Below the pieces are notes generated by a model that worked only from the letters and a program-made list of their open reading frames with translations, searched no databases and had not been told where the DNA came from. A stretch of 64,000 nucleotides of DNA from IMG/VR virus record IMGVR_UViG_3300044691_000429, positions 1 through 64,000 of that record; one strand, given 5' to 3'. Shown here in pieces: positions 58,327 to 64,000 of this stretch (positions are counted from its first letter, which is position 1; every line of letters starts with the position of its first letter). The DNA comes from a virus. A program made the translations under genes and the position numbers.

Positions 58327-59076
58327 TCAGGAGGAGAAGACGTACTCCAAGATGTAGTTGGACCCGTCGAGCGTCATCTCATTGACTTCTACGAGGCGGT
58401 CATTCTGGTCCGCCGCGATGCGGATGATCTGGAAGACGGGAGTGCCAGGGCCCAAACTGAGATCGGCCGCCTCCTGGGGGGTGGGCATCCTAGTCCTCAC
58501 CTCCTCCTTGAACCGCGTGGGCGCATGGCCACTCTCGGCGAGTCGGGCGTACATACCGCCGGGGCCAGTGTCCTGCTGAGTGATGGCCGTGCCAGCCGCC
58601 AAGCTCATTGGCACATACGAGACGGCGGTCTGAATGAGCCGCTCCTCCACATAGAAGCGCCGGCTCCGGCGGCACATGCGCTCGTCAGACTCCAGGAGTT
58701 GAGCCACGTGATCGGGCGCATCGACCTCGTTGACGTCCACCTCGACGCGACGCGGGCGGTCCTCCAGGTCAACGTCCCAGATCGACCGCCCGGCATGCCA
58801 CACCTCCGAAGAGAGGCGCTGCACTGCGGGCCGTCTGATTGGGCGGAAGGCGCGGACGGTGACGCCGACCCCCTGCCTGCTCTCAACGAGGCCTTCTGCG
58901 CGAAGGGCGTCCAGGGCCTGCCGCACGGTGGACCGAGCGGCCGCATGCCGCTCCATGAGGCCGTTCTCGCCTTCGATCTTCGACCCCGGCGCCAGCTCGC
59001 CGCCGAGGATCTTCGCGCGCAGCTCGTCCGCGATCTCCTGATGGCGGCGCGGCCCGCGCTCGGGCTTGCTGGGCAA
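58327..59076 (-). CDS. GntR/HutC-family regulator with UTRA domain (KorSA-like)
   Basis: HQEIADELRAKI...RSTVRQAL..L..EGLV...GVGV; EEVRTRMPT.QEA..L...VEVN. Confidence 0.92.
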   Translation of the reverse strand: MPSKPERGPRRHQEIADELRAKILGGELAPGSKIEGENGLMERHAAARSTVRQALDALRAEGLVESRQGVGVTVRAFRPIRRPAVQRLSSEVWHAGRSIWDVDLEDRPRRVEVDVNEVDAPDHVAQLLESDERMCRRSRRFYVEERLIQTAVSYVPMSLAAGTAITQQDTGPGGMYARLAESGHAPTRFKEEVRTRMPTPQEAADLSLGPGTPVFQIIRIAADQNDRLVEVNEMTLDGSNYILEYVFSS

Positions 59077-59241
59077 GGCATTCCTCCTAGATCGGCTTCT
59101 TCAGAGATGTTAGCTACCGACCGGTTGACGTGCGAACTCTGCGAATCCCTTGCGGTTCTTCGAAGAAGTGGTCAGAATCAATGCTACGCAACGCCGCTTC
59201 ACGAACGGAAGTGGCCACCCTGCGTAGCCGAGGGGATACGT

Positions 59242-59802
59242 ATGCCCGATGAGGGGCGCACCGCGCTCTACCGCCTCTACGACGCCGACGAACGCCTGCT
59301 GTACGTCGGGATCACCGCCGACCCCGAGTACCGCTGGACGCAGCACGCGAAGGACAAGGAGTGGTGGCCGTCCGTAGCAAGAAAGAGCGTCGAGTGGTTC
59401 GAGGCGCGAGGGAGGGCCGCCAGCGCGGAAATCTCCACGATCCGCCAGGAACTCCCGCAGTACAACCGACAGCACGCCTCCTGGCCGGTCGATGACGCAC
59501 TGCGACACCAGGTGCGGACGATCGGGGTCCTGGAGCTTGCGAACAACCTCCCCGCCATCATCGGCCACGTTCTAGTGACGGGAGCGCCGGTCCGCGTGAC
59601 GCGGCACTGGAAACCGACCGTCGTGATCATCCCGCACTGGGCCGCCGACGAATCCGTTGTCCCGCCCTCGAAGCAAGGCGCCTTGGCTGAAATCCCGATC
59701 GAGAAGCCACGGGTTGCGGCGGAAGTACTTCACCAGCGCATGAGCAAGAAGGACTTGGTCACCCTGACTCAGGCACTCGTGGCGCTGGTCGCCAAGGGCT
59801 GA
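59242..59802 (+). CDS. GIY-YIG-like domain fused to Phd/YefM-like domain
   Basis: TALYRLYDADERLLYVGIT...RWTQH...P.YN; IGVLELANNLPAII..V...GAPVRVTRHWKPTVVIIP. Confidence 0.7.
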   Translation: MPDEGRTALYRLYDADERLLYVGITADPEYRWTQHAKDKEWWPSVARKSVEWFEARGRAASAEISTIRQELPQYNRQHASWPVDDALRHQVRTIGVLELANNLPAIIGHVLVTGAPVRVTRHWKPTVVIIPHWAADESVVPPSKQGALAEIPIEKPRVAAEVLHQRMSKKDLVTLTQALVALVAKG

Positions 59803-59981
59803 GCCGCAACTGGACACGCCGACCGGCCTCGCACCAAGACCTACGACGACGCCACCGCAGCCTTCTGCCGCTTCCACTGAGCAGCAGAAAGGCCGACCGG
59901 GTTGGAGCCCGGCCGGCCAGGTGACCAGCGGTACCAGCCGCTGATCGTGAACCATCCCCCGCGAAGAGAACGGATTCGTCA

Positions 59982-60503
59982 ATGAGCTTATCGCCCCGGC
60001 CTGCCCCCGCCCACGCGTCGGAAGGCGCTGTGCCCACCGTCACGCCCCGCCCCCAGCGTCGCCGGGCGGTGTGCGCCGGCTGCCAGGTCCACCAGTACGT
60101 GCGTCGGGACGGGCTGGTGTGCAAGCACCGGTCGCGGGCGACGAACGGGCGGTGCGCGGGCAGTGAGACGGTTCCGATCCCCGTGCCCACACCGAACTAC
60201 AACCTGTCGCCTGAGCACCGGCACGACGGCAAGCTCCTGGACCGGTGGGATTTCCTCTCGATGCCGCTGATCGTCCTGCAACAGGTGACCCGCGCGCACC
60301 CCTGCGAGATCGCGGCCCCGGACTTGGGTTTCCGCGGGTCCATCCGCGCCGTGCGGGGCGACTACTGGGTCAACTGGGTGCTGTCCATGCCGATCGGCAT
60401 GGACCCGATGGAACGCGACCTGACGGCCCGTGGCCTGCTTGCTGCGGCCCACGGGATCGACGTCAGTGACTGGCCGATCGAGATGGAGATTCGGCCAGCC
60501 TGA
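59982..60503 (+). CDS. Hypothetical protein with N-terminal Zn-binding motif
   Basis: CAGC...KH...CAGS; start uncertain. Confidence 0.6.
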   Translation: MSLSPRPAPAHASEGAVPTVTPRPQRRRAVCAGCQVHQYVRRDGLVCKHRSRATNGRCAGSETVPIPVPTPNYNLSPEHRHDGKLLDRWDFLSMPLIVLQQVTRAHPCEIAAPDLGFRGSIRAVRGDYWVNWVLSMPIGMDPMERDLTARGLLAAAHGIDVSDWPIEMEIRPA

Positions 60504-60584
60504 ACACCCCACGGCCGGGCGGTCCAAATCCCGCCCGGCCGTTCTACAGATGGACCTACCGACCCCGATCAGGAAGGCGCTTCC

Positions 60585-60893
60585 GTGGGCGTACAAGACG
60601 GACCGGACCCGCAGGCGACACCGCCAGACGATGACGACGACTTCCCGTGGGATGCCCCGATCCACGTCGTCCGCTCAACACCGCAGAACGACTTGCCTGC
60701 CGAGTGGGCGCAGGATCGGACGCTGAGCCTGGGCGCCCGGGGCCTGCTCGCCGAGATCATGGCGCACGGCGGCGAGTGGGACATCGACGCGGAAGGGCTG
60801 GCCGAACTGAGGCCGACCGAAGACGTTGACGCCATCCGCGGCTACATCGCCGAGTTGGAGCGGGCCGGCTACCTGGACCCGTCAGGCGACTAG
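60585..60893 (+). CDS. Short wHTH protein resembling replication-initiator N-terminus
   Basis: QDRTLSLGARGLLAEI...ELERAGYL. Confidence 0.65.
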   Translation: MGVQDGPDPQATPPDDDDDFPWDAPIHVVRSTPQNDLPAEWAQDRTLSLGARGLLAEIMAHGGEWDIDAEGLAELRPTEDVDAIRGYIAELERAGYLDPSGD

Positions 60894-61004
60894 CCGGACA
60901 TAGCAACGGCCGGAGGGATATGGAGTCCCGCCCGGCCGTCGGCGAACCAGCAGGCAGCCACCCGCTCGGTTCGGACACAACGCATCGCCCTGCAAGAGAG
61001 AAGG

Positions 61005-61856
61005 TTGCTCGTTGAAGGTACAAGGCTGCGCCCGATGCTGCCAGCAGGCGGGGGGTCTCCGGTGAGGACGTTTCGCATGATGCCGCCGGAGGGCTGGGTG
61101 CCGACGGCAAACGTGACAGCTCAGAACTCTCGGTTGAGCTGGCGGGCGAAGGGGCTGCTCCTCGACCTGCTCAGCTACCCGGACGGTTACAACGTCACGT
61201 TCGACTCGCTGATGAAGGAAGCGAAGCGGGCTGGCGACCCGGACGTTGAGGGCCGGGACGCGATGCGCAAGGCGATGCAGGAGCTGGAGCGCAAGGGCTA
61301 CCTCGCTCATCGCCGGGTCGCAGTGATGGATCCGGCGCCCGGAGCGCAGAAGTGGCGCACAGAGACCGCGATCTCGGATCTGCCCATCTTCGCAGGTCGG
61401 CCCGGAACTACGGGTTCCCAGTACCACCAGGATTCAGTACCTCCAGACTTCAGTACTTCCAGTGATCAGGAGGTCTTTAACAACACGGGGTTTAACAAGA
61501 AGAACCAGCAGCAAGATGAAGCGGGCAAATCCTCCTCCGCACTCGCTGCCGCTCGTGCGGGCCAGGGAGCCAGCGCGCAAAAGCTGCGGCCGGACATGCA
61601 GGGCTGGTACGACGCGGCGGACAAGCTCTCCGATGACCGACTGCGGCGCCACCTGCTCGCGTTCGAGCGGAAGCGCCCGCAGATCTACCGCGAGTGCCGT
61701 CAGTCGGCGCTCGTCCAGATCGGCGGGAAGCCGGGCGGCAAGGAGTTGATGGCCGGCCGGGACGGCGTTCGCGTGATCGACATGCTCAGCTTCAAGTACG
61801 CCCTGCTGCACTACGTGGACCGCATGCCGGACTGGCTGATCAAGCTGCCGCGCTAG
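61005..61856 (+). CDS. Putative phage replication initiator (N-terminal wHTH)
   Basis: NSRLSWRAKGLLLDLLSYPDG...EGRDAMRKAMQELERKGYL; internal iterons; start may be later (61078). Confidence 0.75.
   Translation: MLVEGTRLRPMLPAGGGSPVRTFRMMPPEGWVPTANVTAQNSRLSWRAKGLLLDLLSYPDGYNVTFDSLMKEAKRAGDPDVEGRDAMRKAMQELERKGYLAHRRVAVMDPAPGAQKWRTETAISDLPIFAGRPGTTGSQYHQDSVPPDFSTSSDQEVFNNTGFNKKNQQQDEAGKSSSALAAARAGQGASAQKLRPDMQGWYDAADKLSDDRLRRHLLAFERKRPQIYRECRQSALVQIGGKPGGKELMAGRDGVRVIDMLSFKYALLHYVDRMPDWLIKLPR
61419..61505. repeat. Iteron-like repeats plus AT-rich tract (candidate origin)
   Basis: CAGTAC(CA/CT/TT)CCAG at 61419, 61435, 61451 (16-bp period); TTTAACAA at 61476 and 61491. Confidence 0.7.
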
Positions 61857-61879
61857 CCACCGAACGAGAGGTGACGACC

Positions 61880-62755
61880 ATGACCGACATACGACCCCAA
61901 GACCTGCCCGAGCTGCGGGCCGGCCTTGTCGAGTCGCGCCAAACTGGAAGCCCGTCCCGACTGCCTGTCTACCAAGCATGCGGACTCACTGAGAACGATG
62001 TTGACCAAGCAAGAGCCGAAGCTCTTTCTGTCGCAGATCTGTTCTATGTCGCGCCAGCCATGGGCGAGCTGGCGTCCATAGCAAGGCTGACCCTCCCTCC
62101 CACTCCTCTCGCCTCGCAGGACATGCCCAGCACGTGCGGGCTTCTGTTCTTCGACCAACCGCCGGAGACGCTGACGTTCGGCGGCGTAGATGGAGCAACG
62201 GTCATCGCTGGGGCGTTGTGGAACGTTGTCGTCGGAGCGAAGGGGCAGAGCTACGCTCTCCTCTTTGGAATCGTGGATCTACACGCTTCCACGCGTCGCA
62301 GGGGAGGCGAGCCTCGCCCCGGACTGGCGCGGTTTGCCTATCGGCGGACAGCGATCCCGGTCGCGATGGGCAACGAGGAACCGCCCCTCCCTTATGCAAA
62401 TAGCCATACGTCGGGGGTCGTAGAAATCGTGCGAACTGCATGGTTGCTGATGCAGCAGCCGCTTGCCGCCCTCTCGGTGACCGAGCCCGATCGCGCAGCA
62501 AAGAAGCGCCTGCGCCGTGCTGGCCAGGAGCCGAAGTCGGTTCGCGTGATCGAACTGCGCCGCCCGAAGTCCTCTGGCGAGCAGGGCGACGGCGAGTCGA
62601 ACTACCACCACCAGTGGATCGTGCGCGGGCACTGGCGGAATCATTGGCACCCGAAGCGCGAAGTTCACCGCCCCGTCTGGATCGCACCGCACGTCAAGGG
62701 CCCGGAAGGGGCGCCGATGATCGGCGGCGAGAAGGTCTACGCCTGGAAGCGGTGA
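61880..62755 (+). CDS. Hypothetical phage protein with C-terminal VRGHWR..WIAPHVKGP motif
   Basis: GAGG RBS; N-terminal part has lower GC. Confidence 0.7.
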   Translation: MTDIRPQDLPELRAGLVESRQTGSPSRLPVYQACGLTENDVDQARAEALSVADLFYVAPAMGELASIARLTLPPTPLASQDMPSTCGLLFFDQPPETLTFGGVDGATVIAGALWNVVVGAKGQSYALLFGIVDLHASTRRRGGEPRPGLARFAYRRTAIPVAMGNEEPPLPYANSHTSGVVEIVRTAWLLMQQPLAALSVTEPDRAAKKRLRRAGQEPKSVRVIELRRPKSSGEQGDGESNYHHQWIVRGHWRNHWHPKREVHRPVWIAPHVKGPEGAPMIGGEKVYAWKR

Positions 62756-62853
62756 GCGCGAGGGGCTGGCCGACGGCTGACCCACCCTGTCCGGTTCCCC
62801 CCTCGCCGCGCCCGCCCCGGTGCGGCAGGCTGTCCCCGACCGAGGGGGTTGGA

Positions 62854-63183
62854 GTGTTCTGTCCGAGCAAGGACTGCGGGTCAACGAACGTGGAGCTGCT
62901 GTCGCACTACTGGTCGGGCTTGTCGCCCGATTCGCCGTCGTCGCGGCGGTACGCCCCGCCGGCCGAGCCCGAGACCCGCAACCGCCTGCTCCTCGCGGCC
63001 CTGGCGGTCGCCGGCCTGGTGCTGGCGGTGACGGGCCAGGTCGCGGTGGGCCTGGTGGCGCTGGCCGTGGGTGCGGTCGGCGCCGTCGTGGCGCACGGGC
63101 GGATCGAGGCGGTCGAGGCGGCGCGGGCTGTGTGGGAGCGGCGGAGGATATGCCTGGCGTGCACGCATCTTTGGGAGGCGTAG
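62854..63183 (+). CDS. Membrane protein with Cys motifs
   Basis: CPSKDCGS...two TM...CLAC. Confidence 0.6.
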   Translation: MFCPSKDCGSTNVELLSHYWSGLSPDSPSSRRYAPPAEPETRNRLLLAALAVAGLVLAVTGQVAVGLVALAVGAVGAVVAHGRIEAVEAARAVWERRRICLACTHLWEA

Positions 63184-63332
63184 GCGCCGACCCCGACCCG
63201 CCCTCGGCGCTTCGGCCCGGGGGGCTTCGTCAAGCCCGCCGTGACACCGGTCACGCCATCTGACCTGCGGTGATGCGGCGTCAACTCGGGTGCGGGGATG
63301 GCGGTTGGGGGGCGGATGCGAGACAATCAGGT

Positions 63333-63659
63333 ATGACAAACCAGGAGGAAGCGACCGACAAGCCCGCGCTGCCGAGCCGCATGTTCGACCCGTTCCCGCG
63401 CATCGCCGTCGACACCGGCGACGGCAGCCCGTTCCGTCATCTCCTCGGGCTGGCCATCAGTGCCGCTCACGGCTGGACGTTCGGCCCCGACGGTCCGTAC
63501 AAGTCGCCGGGGCAGACCGGGGCGGAGGTCACCCGGATGGAGGTCTCCGAGGCGCTGCTGCACCTGCTGGAGCTGGGGTTCATCGACATCGACACGGAGC
63601 GGATGAAGTCTGCCCCCGGGTGGCCCATGAAGCGCGAGACCGGGGAGGAGGCATCATGA
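63333..63659 (+). CDS. Hypothetical protein
   Basis: GACAAT-N5-ATG; ATGA coupling. Confidence 0.6.
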   Translation: MTNQEEATDKPALPSRMFDPFPRIAVDTGDGSPFRHLLGLAISAAHGWTFGPDGPYKSPGQTGAEVTRMEVSEALLHLLELGFIDIDTERMKSAPGWPMKRETGEEAS

Positions 63660-64000
63660 CCGCAAACCACACCACCGCCGGCGCGATCGGCGTCGGGATG
63701 CCCGGGATGCTGCACCTGGAAGCGTTCGGCCGGGAGATCCGCGATGCGTTCGGACACTTCCCGTATCTCGTGGGCAGCGCCGCCGTCAGCAAGGAGTGGC
63801 GGGACGTGGACGTGCGGCTGATGCTGCCCGACGACACCTTCGATGACATGTTCCCCAAACACCGCAAGCCGGACCGACAGGACGGCAAGTGGGGGCTGCT
63901 GTGCGCCGCCCTGTCCGAACTCGCCCGCGTCCGCACCGGGCTCCCGGTGGACTTCCAGATCCAGCGCACCAGCTGGGCGAACGATCGCTACGACGGGCCC
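63656..64000 (+). CDS. Pol-beta-superfamily minimal nucleotidyltransferase-like protein (truncated by window end)
   Basis: YLVGSAAVSKEWRDVDVRLML...PVDFQIQ; GGAGG RBS. Confidence 0.7.
   Translation, partial: MTANHTTAGAIGVGMPGMLHLEAFGREIRDAFGHFPYLVGSAAVSKEWRDVDVRLMLPDDTFDDMFPKHRKPDRQDGKWGLLCAALSELARVRTGLPVDFQIQRTSWANDRYDGP

Larger units (their letters stand above)
1..64000. mobile_element. Temperate siphovirus / probable phage-plasmid of an actinomycete (window covers part of the element)
   Basis: Full virion gene order plus TraB-like ATPase, Xis, GntR-UTRA repressor, Cre-like recombinase and replication initiator; no host housekeeping genes or att/tRNA boundary seen. Confidence 0.9.

Noticed and set aside
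1-64000. tRNA, rRNA, IS transposase, cas genes, attL/attR
   Set aside because: None recognisable by eye; tRNAscan-SE and HMM searches would be needed to exclude them

Overview
High-GC actinomycete (Streptomyces-like) temperate siphovirus region that also carries plasmid/AICE-type transfer genes, so it may be a phage-plasmid. Layout: an accessory/regulatory arm (1-19.7 kb) with a degenerate type I-E CRISPR-repeat mini-array next to an acidic-domain/Aca2-like HTH fusion gene, a WYL protein, an RNA ligase + polynucleotide kinase pair and a Cre-like tyrosine recombinase; a complete virion and lysis module (19.7-47.2 kb: terminase, portal, ClpP protease, capsid, head-tail, tail, frameshifted chaperone, tape measure, tail proteins, lysins, holin); a leftward operon with a TraB/FtsK-like translocase, Spd-like membrane proteins, Xis and a GntR-UTRA (Kor-like) repressor (47.2-59.1 kb); and early/replication genes with an iteron-type origin candidate (59.2-64 kb). 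Two observations stand out. (1) A cas-less array of four different I-E repeat variants, with related spacers, is divergently coupled to a candidate Acr-Aca2 fusion and a palindromic operator, suggesting a combined RNA + protein anti-CRISPR locus. (2) The terminase intein has no recognisable in-frame endonuclease; an HNH endonuclease gene is nested inside it in another reading frame, behind a leaderless-type -10 box. Family assignments come from motif recognition by eye; no database search was run.
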